This document shows, in pieces, positions 45,816 through 55,361 of a DNA stretch of 64,000 nt (the stretch's first letter is position 1; each line of letters opens with the position of its first letter). The translations under genes and the position numbers were made by a program. The DNA is taken from sequence record OR805295.1. One strand, written 5' to 3'. The notes under the pieces are model-generated. The model worked only from the letters and a program-made list of their open reading frames with translations. It made no database searches and was not told the origin of the DNA.

Positions 45816-47311
45816 TGGATAATTTTGATATAGAATTAAAAGAACTCATAAAAAATACAAATCCTAACGCATTAGGAAATGTAGTAAAAAGTAAAAAAGA
45901 AATATATGAGGAATTAGTTCGTCGAACTAATTCCTTTCTTCGTGACGACGTTTCTGTAACAGAAAGGATTCATATATACTTAAATCCGGCTGATAATGTT
46001 TACTGTAAGTATGATAACAAACGGACACTAAAGCGAAATAAAGATACAAAACAAACCCAATACGGATTTTGCGGAAATAAAAGTAAATGTAAATGTCATA
46101 TGGAATGGTCTTTAAAAAATCATCCAGGCATGACACAATCCGGAAAAGAAAGTATGAAAACAAAGAGGATAAAAACTTGGATAGAAAAATACGGTGTCGA
46201 TAATCCATCTAAGTCAAAAGATATTATTGCAAAACAGCAATTAAGTAAAAAACATATAAAGCCAGATCATAGAACTATAAAGGAATTGGGATATAAAAAA
46301 GTAGTAGAACGACTTTCTAACATACTCACCCCTACGTTTAGTATAGACGAGTACGAGGGGTGCTTTAGAAAAAATGTGTATGACTGGGTATGCAATGCAT
46401 GCGGAAATATAGTTATCGGACACGTAGATTATGGGTCTACTCCGAGGTGCAATGTTTGTAATCCTATAACAAAGTCTGCCGGCGAGAATGAAATATCTAA
46501 CTATATAGTATCGCTAGGATTTGATGTGATTAACAATGACCGAACTATATTATCTAACAAAGAATTAGATATAGTAATTAAAGGTACAAACATAGCAATA
46601 GAATATAATGGTTGTTATTGGCATTCTACAAAACACAGAAAAAAATCATATCATGTAGATAAATTTATAGAATGCAGAGATAAAGGAATAAAGTTAATAC
46701 AAATTTTAGATGTAGATTGGATATCAAAACAAGACATAATAAAATCAAGGTTAAAATCTATTTTAGGTTGTAGTGATAGAATATATGCAAGGAATACAAC
46801 CATAAAAGAAATAACATTTAACGAATCTTTAACTTTTTTAGAAGAAACTCACATCCAAGGTTCTTGTCAATCATCTGTAAGACTAGGTCTATACGACAAT
46901 GAGAATTTGTTAGTAGCCGTAATGACATTTGGGAAATCTAGATATACAAAAGAGGAATATGAGTTACTTAGGTATGCTAGCAAAAATACTGTTGTAGGAG
47001 GAGCCAGCAAACTTCTTAAATATTTCATAAAAACCTATTCCCCCAAATCTATCATTACATACGCAGACAGGTGCTGGTCAGATGGAAATTTATATAAACA
47101 ACTCGGGTTTACAAATGTAACTAAGAATGACAGAAATACAGGATATTGGTATATAAAAGACAACATAAAATATCATAGATCTAATTTCATAAAATCTAAG
47201 ATTTCTAATAAAAATAATTTACATCTAAGCGAATCGGAAATAATGGATAGTTTAGGTTATTTAAAATATTACGATTGCGGCAATTACAAATATACATTGC
47301 AGGTACGCTAG
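45815..47311 (+). CDS. free-standing putative homing endonuclease, same family as 28287-29969
   Basis: KYGVDNPS, two CxxC, ELDIVIKGTNIAIEYNGCYWHS, ITYADRCWSDGNLYKQLGF. TAATG coupling at 45813-45817. Confidence 0.8.
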   Translation: MDNFDIELKELIKNTNPNALGNVVKSKKEIYEELVRRTNSFLRDDVSVTERIHIYLNPADNVYCKYDNKRTLKRNKDTKQTQYGFCGNKSKCKCHMEWSLKNHPGMTQSGKESMKTKRIKTWIEKYGVDNPSKSKDIIAKQQLSKKHIKPDHRTIKELGYKKVVERLSNILTPTFSIDEYEGCFRKNVYDWVCNACGNIVIGHVDYGSTPRCNVCNPITKSAGENEISNYIVSLGFDVINNDRTILSNKELDIVIKGTNIAIEYNGCYWHSTKHRKKSYHVDKFIECRDKGIKLIQILDVDWISKQDIIKSRLKSILGCSDRIYARNTTIKEITFNESLTFLEETHIQGSCQSSVRLGLYDNENLLVAVMTFGKSRYTKEEYELLRYASKNTVVGGASKLLKYFIKTYSPKSIITYADRCWSDGNLYKQLGFTNVTKNDRNTGYWYIKDNIKYHRSNFIKSKISNKNNLHLSESEIMDSLGYLKYYDCGNYKYTLQVR

Positions 47312-47325
47312 CATAATGTTATACT
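47297..47325 (+). promoter_or_regulatory. sigma70-type promoter for the VWA gene
   Basis: TTGCAG-17 bp-TATACT, followed by TGTA as at 57952. Confidence 0.65.
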
Positions 47326-47366
47326 TGTAACGTAACACAAAACATATCATTTTAACGGAGCATTAT

Positions 47367-48551
47367 ATGTCCACTAAAACCCTAGAAGAACGCATCATCC
47401 GCGCCCGTGTTCAGTTGCTGTTGAACCATCCGTTTTTCGGGACCTTGGCGCTGCGCCTTAAACTAGTCGAGGCGAACGACTGGTGCCCTACTGCCGGTAC
47501 TGATGGACGCCATCTTTATTATAATACCAAGTTCCTCGAAGACTTGGACGATAAGGAACTTATCTTCCTCATCGGTCATGAGGTAATGCACGTCGTCTAC
47601 GACCACATGGGACGGCGCGGCAGCAGAGAGCCTAAACTGTGGAACTGTGCTGCCGACTTTGTTATCAACCTCGAATTGCACGATATGAAGATCGGCAAGC
47701 TTATCCACCGTCCGGGTACTTGCGAGCCGTGCTTTGACGAAAAGTACCGCGGAATGTCCGCTGACCAGATCTATGAACTAATTAAGAAAGATCCGTCGCT
47801 AAAAGATAAAGATAGCTTCGACGTTCACCTCGAACCCGGTGGTGCCGGGAATGAAGACGGCGATGCTTCTGGCAAATCCGGTCCTATCCCTATGTCTGCA
47901 GATGAGCAAGCTGCTCTTCGGGACGAGATCACTGAAGCTGTTCTTCAGGCTGCTAAAGCTGCTGGTGTCGGCAACACTCCGGCAGGTGTGCGTCAGATGA
48001 TCAGTGACATCACTGAACCTAAACTAGATTGGCGCGAATTGCTAAACCAGACTATTCCGTCGCACATTAAATCCGACTATATGTGGACTCGACCGTCGCG
48101 GAAGAGTTGGGGAACTGGTGCGACTCTGCCGGGTCAGATTGTTGATGACAAAATCGATGTTATCCTGGCACTAGACGCCTCTGGTTCGATTAGCTCTTCT
48201 CAGCTAAGGGATTTCTTAGGAGAAGTGTTAGGAATTATGGAACAGTTTAGTGACTTTTCCATACAAGTGCTAACGTTTGATACTAGAGTGTATGAATTCC
48301 GAAAATATACTCCCGACAATGCAGACGAAATCTATGAGTATCCCCTTAAAGGCGGCGGCGGCACCGATTTTGTGGCTGTGTTTAACTTCCTTAAAGATAC
48401 GCTCACTGAACCGCCGCATCAGTTAGTATTCTTCACTGACATGGAAGTGTATGACTACGGCGATCCTAACTATTGCGATACTGTGTTTATAAACCACGGT
48501 CGCAAAGGTGTAACTGCACCGTTTGGCATCACCATCGACTACGACGAATAA
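47367..48551 (+). CDS. putative metallopeptidase + VWA-like domain protein (DUF2201-type, MoxR partner)
   Basis: LLNHPFFG, TAGTDG, GHEVMH (HExxH), WNCAADFVIN, LDASGS (MIDAS), GGGGTDF, FFTD. GC-rich. Confidence 0.88.
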   Translation: MSTKTLEERIIRARVQLLLNHPFFGTLALRLKLVEANDWCPTAGTDGRHLYYNTKFLEDLDDKELIFLIGHEVMHVVYDHMGRRGSREPKLWNCAADFVINLELHDMKIGKLIHRPGTCEPCFDEKYRGMSADQIYELIKKDPSLKDKDSFDVHLEPGGAGNEDGDASGKSGPIPMSADEQAALRDEITEAVLQAAKAAGVGNTPAGVRQMISDITEPKLDWRELLNQTIPSHIKSDYMWTRPSRKSWGTGATLPGQIVDDKIDVILALDASGSISSSQLRDFLGEVLGIMEQFSDFSIQVLTFDTRVYEFRKYTPDNADEIYEYPLKGGGGTDFVAVFNFLKDTLTEPPHQLVFFTDMEVYDYGDPNYCDTVFINHGRKGVTAPFGITIDYDE

Positions 48552-48565
48552 TCGTAGGTTAAAAC

Positions 48566-48593
48566 AAAAAAGGGGCTTATAAGCCCCTTTTTT
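48566..48593 (+). terminator. intrinsic terminator
   Basis: aaaaaaggggctt-at-aagcccctttttt. Confidence 0.85.
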
Positions 48594-48650
48594 GTTGACT
48601 AGTTTTAGCTACTTAAAGCGCTGTAGCATAGCTGCATACAAGCGCTAAAT

Positions 48651-48738
48651 TAGCGCAAATTTGCGTGTTTTTATGCTTTACAATACATAGCTAATACTAC
48701 GCATGCAAAACGCGCTATAGCGCAAATTTGCGTGTTTT
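48651..48738. repeat. 21-bp direct repeat x2 with nested palindromes
   Basis: tagcgcaaatttgcgtgtttt at 48651-48671 and 48718-48738; the core cgcaaatttgcg is a perfect palindrome. Confidence 0.85.
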
Positions 48739-48832
48739 AAGCACATCTACTATGCTTTTTATTTTGCATTGTATTTAATGCACAGGGACAGTATTGTATG
48801 CTTGTTTGTGTCAAATAAGACAATAAAATGTT

Positions 48833-49075
48833 ATGTTACATTATATTCCAGTTATACTATTCGTTTATGTTATAGGAAACATATTATCATTGTTTTTATA
48901 CAATGTAGTATCATACAGCACACTATTTCCATATAGTATGTTACACAAACAAAACCACAAGCAAACTCTGTTTCATAAATTTATAAAAATGTGGTGGTTT
49001 TCTTACTTAAACGTTATTGTACTCAGTTGTGCTTGCATATATGTAATAGGCAAAAAATATATAAAGAGAATTTGA
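48833..49075 (+). CDS. small membrane protein
   Basis: 80 aa, two hydrophobic segments. Confidence 0.5.
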   Translation: MLHYIPVILFVYVIGNILSLFLYNVVSYSTLFPYSMLHKQNHKQTLFHKFIKMWWFSYLNVIVLSCACIYVIGKKYIKRI

Positions 49076-49131
49076 AATATTATAAAGATTTTATTAAGAT
49101 TATGATAAATTTAATATAGAACTAATTTACA

Positions 49132-49160
49132 AAATAAAAGGGCGTTAAGCCCTTTTATTT
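49132..49160. terminator. bidirectional terminator at convergent junction
   Basis: aaataaaagggc-gttaa-gcccttttattt. Confidence 0.85.
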
Positions 49161-49167
49161 TAATCAA

Positions 49168-49488
49168 TTATTCTATTTTTGCATGAATAGTACATAGCAT
49201 ATTGTGATATGCTTCTTGGTATTCAGATTCTAGTTTAATCATATCTAAGTAGATAAAAATAGCCTCTATTTTGCCTAACTTAGACAACCGTTCATCTTTT
49301 TTGCTCTTAATTAGATTTCCTATAAACTGTCTGTCAAATTTATTAACAGAACCGTTTTCACAAATAACTTCTACATAATCTACATAAGAAAGATGTAAAT
49401 CGTCTAAGCTTATGCTAGGCAGAAATTCTTCTATATCAAACGAAATCCCCTCCTGTTCGGGGAGTTTTTTAAGATAGATTTTGGCCAT
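49168..49488 (-). CDS. hypothetical protein
   Basis: 106-aa ORF with GGAG RBS. Confidence 0.65.
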   Translation of the reverse strand: MAKIYLKKLPEQEGISFDIEEFLPSISLDDLHLSYVDYVEVICENGSVNKFDRQFIGNLIKSKKDERLSKLGKIEAIFIYLDMIKLESEYQEAYHNMLCTIHAKIE

Positions 49489-49620
49489 ATATGCTACTCC
49501 GTTCTATGCATATAGATATTTAGCAATTATACAAAAATGCATAGTTTTAATAGCACACACAAACACGATGCAGCGTATTAGTTAGTTTTATTACCAAGCA
49601 AAATTGTGCATTTTTTGCCC

Positions 49621-49650
49621 AAAAAAAAACAGCCCTAGCTAGGGCTGTTT
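49621..49650 (-). terminator. intrinsic terminator
   Basis: aaaacagccctag/ctagggctgtttt with an A-tract on the left (U-tract on the minus strand). Confidence 0.8.
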
Positions 49651-49656
49651 TGTTAG

Positions 49657-49926
49657 TTAAAGCTTTTCTAAAACAAGTGTTAGCGCATCTTCTCCTATAT
49701 TAAAGTGTTGTGTCGCACTAACATGACAAAACTTGCCATATATATCTAATGCAGATATTACAACATCTTCAATAACTTTTTCTATCATTTCACTAGTATC
49801 TTTACATCTACATTTTAGTGTAATGTTATCCATAGTTTCTTCAATGGATATAATATTAATGCCCTTTACTTCTAAAGCTTCTTTTATTTCTTGCATTTTA
49901 CTCCGCGCGAGTGGAATCGCGCTCAA
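49657..49926 (-). CDS. hypothetical protein
   Basis: 89-aa ORF; start uncertain. Confidence 0.55.
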   Translation of the reverse strand: MSAIPLARSKMQEIKEALEVKGINIISIEETMDNITLKCRCKDTSEMIEKVIEDVVISALDIYGKFCHVSATQHFNIGEDALTLVLEKL

Positions 49927-50638
49927 GTTTTTGAGAAACCTTAAGTTCTAATTCCTCAACGGCCTTAGCTTTGCTTTCTTCTAGTAAAGCTCTAGCCTTT
50001 TCTTCTTCTCGTTTCTGCCTAGCTTCCCTGCGCTTTTCCTTACGTTTTTCTAGGCGTTCTTTGTAACGTTCTTCCAGTTCTTCTTCTGTAAGTTCACGCT
50101 GACGACCTGGGGCTGGTTTTAGTTCAGGACATAAAGAATATGCAAGCTCTAACTTTGCATCAGCCTCTTCTTTAAGCAACCGTGCTTGAACTATAAGACC
50201 TTCTGCTCGTTGTTTATCAGTAATAGATTCTTCAACTACAGGTACTGATGCAGTTTCTGTATGTACAGGGTCGGCACCTGCTAATGCAGCTTCACGTATC
50301 TGAGAATTAATAAGTTCTAAAGCAACATTAGTACCTGGGTACGGTTGCATAAAAACCTGTCTAACTTCCACTTTGCGTAAAAAAGACCGATCGTGCATTG
50401 TACGAAGTGCAGGCAATCCGTCACCTAAAAGTTTATTATTTAGGACAGTATACAAATCGACAGAATTTTGTCCTTCTCTACTTTCAACTATAGTTTTTAG
50501 GTTATCTTGGTACATGTCTGGTAGTCTATCTATTTCAACTACTAAACAATGAGTAGGATCATCGGGTAATTCCCGGAACACGACATACACACGTGTTCCG
50601 GTATTAGCGATTTTCCCTACGTGGCGCTTAAGACTCAT
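49898..50638 (-). CDS. hypothetical protein with charged coiled-coil tail
   Basis: 246 aa, E/K/R-rich C-terminus, GGAG RBS. Confidence 0.75.
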   Translation of the reverse strand: MSLKRHVGKIANTGTRVYVVFRELPDDPTHCLVVEIDRLPDMYQDNLKTIVESREGQNSVDLYTVLNNKLLGDGLPALRTMHDRSFLRKVEVRQVFMQPYPGTNVALELINSQIREAALAGADPVHTETASVPVVEESITDKQRAEGLIVQARLLKEEADAKLELAYSLCPELKPAPGRQRELTEEELEERYKERLEKRKEKRREARQKREEEKARALLEESKAKAVEELELKVSQKLERDSTRAE

Positions 50639-50655
50639 TGGGAAATCTCCGTGTA

Positions 50656-50928
50656 TTATTTGGCTTCAGTTTCAGCTTCTTGCTCTTCTTGTTTAGGTTC
50701 AATTGCCGATACAAAAGATTTAACTTTACTAAACACTCCGCCGACGCTGGCCATTTCTTCTGCGCGGAATGCTCCGCGTTGGCATGCAACATCAACTATG
50801 GTTAGTAAATCTTTAATATCTTGTACACCTAGACGAGGTTCTTCGCTTGCTTGTTCAGTCATATTCTCTTGATCTACAACTTCTTTTTCTACAACTTCTT
50901 TTTCTACAGCTTTAGCTTTCTTAGCCAT
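50656..50928 (-). CDS. small acidic hypothetical protein
   Basis: IVDVACQRGAFRAEEM core; GGAG RBS. Confidence 0.7.
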   Translation of the reverse strand: MAKKAKAVEKEVVEKEVVDQENMTEQASEEPRLGVQDIKDLLTIVDVACQRGAFRAEEMASVGGVFSKVKSFVSAIEPKQEEQEAETEAK

Positions 50929-51523
50929 TTAACATTTCTCCGTAATTGTGTGTCGGGCTCGATTCAATTTCTGATATACATTTTTTATCAGTAATAATTA
51001 TTAAGTTTGAATCCCATGGCAAATAAAATTTCCAATCACTATCTCTTATTAAAATAGGTAATTGTTGCCTACGAGAAACAAGTTCATAATAAGTAGGTCT
51101 ATGTGGCATTTTAATGGGAATAATATTCTTGTTATCGCCTTTTTTGTTATTACAAACTTTGCATGCAGTGCATATATTAGTCCAATTTGTCTTACCACCG
51201 TATCTCTTAGGTAAAACATGATCTAGTGTTAGTTGTTTAACAGGAAACGTTCTAAAACAAAACTGACACTGATAGTTATCCCTTAAATATACGTTGTTTC
51301 TGGAAAACTTTGTTTTATGATTCCATTTAATGTATTCAGTTGACATTACAATAGATGGAACCTTCATAGTAATACTGGGAGAATTAACTTCCCAATTGTC
51401 GTAATTTTTTAAAATTTCGACCTTGCCAAGCGATACTAATTTAATACTAGTTTGCCAGTCTACAACAGATAATGGTAACATGCATAACGGATTACCGTCT
51501 TTGTTAAGTATCAAAGTATCCAT
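50921..51523 (-). CDS. HNH endonuclease
   Basis: RDNYQCQFC...LTLDHVLPK..GG.TNWTN.CTACKVCNNKKG. Confidence 0.9.
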   Translation of the reverse strand: MDTLILNKDGNPLCMLPLSVVDWQTSIKLVSLGKVEILKNYDNWEVNSPSITMKVPSIVMSTEYIKWNHKTKFSRNNVYLRDNYQCQFCFRTFPVKQLTLDHVLPKRYGGKTNWTNICTACKVCNNKKGDNKNIIPIKMPHRPTYYELVSRRQQLPILIRDSDWKFYLPWDSNLIIITDKKCISEIESSPTHNYGEMLNG

Positions 51524-51550
51524 TTATAAACTACACAGTTATTTATCTTT

Positions 51551-51793
51551 TTATTTCATGTATTTCTTTAATTCTTCCGGAAAACCTTTTAATGTTACAA
51601 ACACTTGATCTTCCTGTTTTTCGAAATCAATGTTATAAAAAATTTCATTTTTTGTAGGTTGTATTTCTTCTAAAATAGTATACTTTCCATCACAATTAGA
51701 GTCTAGCCATACACCTAAGTAAAGCTTAAATACTTCTCCTAACCCGTTAGCAGATCGTTGTACACTAAACCTAGTCATATTAACAAAATCCAC
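51551..51793 (-). CDS. hypothetical protein
   Basis: 80-aa ORF. Confidence 0.55.
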   Translation of the reverse strand: MDFVNMTRFSVQRSANGLGEVFKLYLGVWLDSNCDGKYTILEEIQPTKNEIFYNIDFEKQEDQVFVTLKGFPEELKKYMK

Positions 51794-52028
51794 TTAATAT
51801 TCCTGGGTCTACATATTGTGAAAAGTATACAGTAGATCTACTATCTTGTATTTTTATATACCAAGGATATTTTATATTGGTACTAATAACTGTAATGAGT
51901 TTTTCTACTTCATCCTTAGAAATATGGACTACATATTTGTTATAAAGTAAATTAGAATATAGAGTAGTGCCTTTTAATGAATAAAATTCGTCTTCTGTTA
52001 ATCTATATTCTCGCGTGACAGAAATCAT
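51780..52028 (-). CDS. hypothetical protein
   Basis: 82-aa ORF with AGGAG RBS. Confidence 0.6.
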   Translation of the reverse strand: MISVTREYRLTEDEFYSLKGTTLYSNLLYNKYVVHISKDEVEKLITVISTNIKYPWYIKIQDSRSTVYFSQYVDPGILSGFC

Positions 52029-52112
52029 ATACGTTTCTCCTTTTATTAAAGTATTTATCTACGTATATATTTCCTAAGAAGGGAAACAACGCCTTCCCTA
52101 GCTAGTGTGCAT

Positions 52113-52141
52113 ATTATATAACAGCATATTACCGTTGTCAA
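52113..52141 (-). promoter_or_regulatory. sigma70 consensus promoter
   Basis: TTGACA-17 bp-TATAAT on the minus strand. Confidence 0.85.
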
Positions 52142-52148
52142 TATATTT

Positions 52149-52574
52149 TTAACTAGTCTTTGTCAGAAGGTAAGTATGTTCATTATTGGTATTTTTGTTT
52201 GACTGTATTGTGTAACCATATTGAGTAGCCATTTTTGTTGCGAGTCTATTGTATAATTTAACTCTAGATGGCTCGGATAGATCGGCAGTAAAATATATTT
52301 GGTTAGGTTTTAATTCAGAAATAGCACGTTTGGTAATATCTAATATAGTAGAGAATACTTTAAATTCATTGCCAGTTCCGGTGACCGCAGTATCATAATA
52401 ATAATCGTCGACATCAACTTCCTTTGCAGTAAACGATATTAATAGTCTTCCATTAACCATAGTTTCTATGACTCTATATTTCATGTTACCAACAATAAAA
52501 TATGCATTAACGGTTCCATTAGTGTTGGTATACTGATATTTTTCAATCTGATCGAATAGTTCAAATAAGTGCAT
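52149..52574 (-). CDS. hypothetical protein
   Basis: 141 aa with TGTGNEFKVFST and SRVKLY; AGGA RBS and TAAATA upstream. Confidence 0.7.
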   Translation of the reverse strand: MHLFELFDQIEKYQYTNTNGTVNAYFIVGNMKYRVIETMVNGRLLISFTAKEVDVDDYYYDTAVTGTGNEFKVFSTILDITKRAISELKPNQIYFTADLSEPSRVKLYNRLATKMATQYGYTIQSNKNTNNEHTYLLTKTS

Positions 52575-52617
52575 AAAAAATAGTCCTTAATATGGATATT
52601 TATCTTATATATAAATT

Positions 52618-52641
52618 AAAAGGGGAATTAAATTCCCCTTT
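52618..52641 (-). terminator. intrinsic terminator
   Basis: aaaggggaatt-aa-attccccttt. Confidence 0.75.
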
Positions 52642-52645
52642 AGCA

Positions 52646-53392
52646 TTACTTACCTTTTCTTACCAAAATTGACATACAATGTGCTAATTCGTCATAGTAA
52701 TTTGGAAATAATTGCTTTACTTTTTTATGAAAACTCATAGGCATTGTTTTATTTTTATCTGCTATATAGTAATATTCGGGATCAACTTTCATTAATCTAA
52801 TAGCATCAGTGCCAGTTAATTGCATTTTATTTAATAATGTTTCAGTTTCCCTAGATTTAGGCAATTTATTATTACATATTTCAGAAATTACAAGGCAAGG
52901 TTTAATGTTATCTATATTGTTATTTGCTATAAATTCGATAAATTTTGTTCTAAACGAAATTTTAAATAAATGCTCAGGAATAGGTGTATTATATACTATT
53001 GAGTTTAAATCTAAATCTGTTAATATTTTTGCCATACGTTTTATACCGTCTTTAGAATTATAATAAATTACACGATAGTATGGAGTATTATGCCAGACTT
53101 GCATATACTTCATTAACACTTTAGGATGAATACTAACAATAGTTTTTAACCGCTCGGTTGGAATAACATCGCCGAATGTGTGTATGTGTCTAGCAACAAA
53201 CTTGTCTGACATTTTAGAAACTAATCTAGTTTTTGCTGCTGTAGATGCATCTACAGCAGCATGATACAGTAACTCGTCGTCATTAGAATAATTATTCTCT
53301 ATTAGTTTTATGATGTTATGTTTTTTGCAATTGTACGTATTTAATAAGATTTCTTTCAAATCTTCTCTTTCTATATAAATTTTGTCATTCAT
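52646..53392 (-). CDS. helical hypothetical protein, paralog family member 3
   Basis: 248 aa; C-terminus KQLFPNY...LVRKGK. Confidence 0.65.
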   Translation of the reverse strand: MNDKIYIEREDLKEILLNTYNCKKHNIIKLIENNYSNDDELLYHAAVDASTAAKTRLVSKMSDKFVARHIHTFGDVIPTERLKTIVSIHPKVLMKYMQVWHNTPYYRVIYYNSKDGIKRMAKILTDLDLNSIVYNTPIPEHLFKISFRTKFIEFIANNNIDNIKPCLVISEICNNKLPKSRETETLLNKMQLTGTDAIRLMKVDPEYYYIADKNKTMPMSFHKKVKQLFPNYYDELAHCMSILVRKGK

Positions 53393-54344
53393 TTGTTTTT
53401 CTTTTTCCTTTGCCTGTAGATAAAATATACATAAAATATTCTTCGTTATTTTTTAATTCAGGATACATCTTAAACATTTCTGACCAACTAGTTTTTGTTA
53501 ATTTTTCGAGATGCTTAGGTACTATAGGCTTAAAGGTTGTTGTATATTTCTTAGCAAATGCCACTAAGTTAGCACCTGTAAACGGAGTGCCGTGTACAAA
53601 TTCTTTAGAAGAAAGTTCATCCGATATATCGTTTTCGTTAATTTCAAAAAAGTTAACAATATTGTATACATCAGATTTAGAAATGTACCTATTTTTTATT
53701 ATATCGTTTTTTATTGTATCTAAAGTAAATATTTGCTTAAGATCGTTTACTGTATCTAAAGCATATTTAGGACACAATTTATTAGACTTATTAAAGTCAG
53801 ATACTGTATGTTTAATTGCTGGCGGCAAATGGTAATAATACGAAAATGAATTATAAGTAAATACGAGATTTGCCATACTACACAGACGTTTAATATGTTT
53901 ATCTATTACATTGGCATATAATTTATCATAATTTTTATATGTTTTTAAATTATGTAAATCAGACATATGTATTTTATTTAAACACAGCATCAATGGAATA
54001 CAGTCACTGTACCTAGCTGCCACATTATTTACAATAGGTTTACTGTTGAATTTAGATTTAAACTCATTAATTATTTTTTCATTAAACAAAATAGTAATGT
54101 CTTTTATAAGAAATTCATGCAATGCTCTGCATAACCCATCAAACTGTGTACTATTCTTAAATGCATAAAGACTAGTAGATAAATTATCATTGTTAAAAAA
54201 CGATGATAATGCATAGTGTGCATCTGATGAATGTTCTAACGGTATGTCATATCTAATAGAACTTTCTAATATATATTCTATATCGTTTCGTTCTACCGAA
54301 TTCCAGTCAATTTGTGATAACATGTGTGATACTGATTTTTTCAT
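53385..54344 (-). CDS. helical hypothetical protein, paralog family member 2
   Basis: 319 aa; C-terminus WSEMFKMYPEL...LSTGKG. Confidence 0.65.
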   Translation of the reverse strand: MKKSVSHMLSQIDWNSVERNDIEYILESSIRYDIPLEHSSDAHYALSSFFNNDNLSTSLYAFKNSTQFDGLCRALHEFLIKDITILFNEKIINEFKSKFNSKPIVNNVAARYSDCIPLMLCLNKIHMSDLHNLKTYKNYDKLYANVIDKHIKRLCSMANLVFTYNSFSYYYHLPPAIKHTVSDFNKSNKLCPKYALDTVNDLKQIFTLDTIKNDIIKNRYISKSDVYNIVNFFEINENDISDELSSKEFVHGTPFTGANLVAFAKKYTTTFKPIVPKHLEKLTKTSWSEMFKMYPELKNNEEYFMYILSTGKGKRKTNE

Positions 54345-55237
54345 TAGTTTCGGGGACCTTTAAGTTTTGCTAGTACATGTTGTTCTGACCCAGCCAAATG
54401 AGGGAAGATCTTTATAAGTTTGTTCCAGTACGAATACGGCAAAAAATCGAGATTTATATAATCTAAATATTTTATAGAATTACTATGCAACCTATTCCTC
54501 GAAAGTATAGTCAATATATGTCGTCCTGCTATATAAGACCAATCTATATTTTTAAGAAATGTAATACAACTGTCAGTAGACATTGTCTGACCATTTGCTT
54601 TATGCATATAGAATAGCGAAGACATCCTTTCAAAAAGAAACCAGTGATATTGTTTATTTTTAGAAATAGTATCAAACCCTACAAATTTTACATATTCTTC
54701 AAAAACAGAATATCTTTTACTACAAAAAAAATTAAATACTCTTTTATTCAACAAAACGTTATGTCGTTTTAATTCTTTTAAAATAAGTCTTACTATGTTT
54801 AAATCAGGTAAAGATTGTATGGTACACAATTGCGTTATTATATCTTTAGATAATGCTTTTCTCGGTTTTAAATTCTTTAAAACAACATAAAATAATTTAT
54901 GACATGTTATAGGAACTTTCATAGGAAACATTGAATTTGAAAATTTTCCAATACATTGCCTGACAAGATATAAATCTTCTTTACTTATAGATCTGTTATA
55001 TTCACTAATAGAAGATGAATAATTACTTGATATAAAGTTTATTAATTTTGGACTTTTAATTTCCATAAGAACATTCAATACAGTAGCATTGAACGGTATA
55101 TATTCAACGTCAATAGAATTACAGACTGCAATTAGTGCATCTTTAGCTGAATTATTAGCAATTGTTATTTCTTTATTTTTTCTAAATTTAATAAAATATT
55201 CTAATTCGCCTAAAGCTTTAATATAGCTAATATCCAT
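54344..55237 (-). CDS. helical hypothetical protein, paralog family member 1
   Basis: 297 aa; C-terminus WNKLIKIFPHL...LAKLKG. Confidence 0.65.
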   Translation of the reverse strand: MDISYIKALGELEYFIKFRKNKEITIANNSAKDALIAVCNSIDVEYIPFNATVLNVLMEIKSPKLINFISSNYSSSISEYNRSISKEDLYLVRQCIGKFSNSMFPMKVPITCHKLFYVVLKNLKPRKALSKDIITQLCTIQSLPDLNIVRLILKELKRHNVLLNKRVFNFFCSKRYSVFEEYVKFVGFDTISKNKQYHWFLFERMSSLFYMHKANGQTMSTDSCITFLKNIDWSYIAGRHILTILSRNRLHSNSIKYLDYINLDFLPYSYWNKLIKIFPHLAGSEQHVLAKLKGPRN

Positions 55238-55263
55238 ACGTATACCGTAAAAATTTTTACCAT

Positions 55264-55292
55264 ACTATAAAATATGTATATTCAATAGTCAA
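55264..55292 (-). promoter_or_regulatory. sigma70-type promoter (leftward)
   Basis: TTGACT-17 bp-TATAGT on the minus strand. Confidence 0.7.
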
Positions 55293-55326
55293 CTGTGTTT
55301 GGTAACAAAATGTGGTAATTAGGCAC

Positions 55327-55355
55327 TTGACATTGGTATTGTCTTTTAGTAAACT
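55327..55355 (+). promoter_or_regulatory. sigma70-type promoter (rightward, no ORF downstream)
   Basis: TTGACA-17 bp-TAAACT. Confidence 0.7.
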
Positions 55356-55361
55356 GTGCGC

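Noticed and set aside
48651-48738. Mini-CRISPR (repeat-spacer-repeat) reading of the 21-bp repeats
   Set aside because: Only two short copies, the spacer shares sequence with the flanks, and there are no cas genes or recognisable CRISPR repeat end.
50921-51523. HNH gene as part of a retron, Cas9-like or toxin system
   Set aside because: Stand-alone 200-aa HNH with no reverse transcriptase, RuvC or immunity partner nearby.
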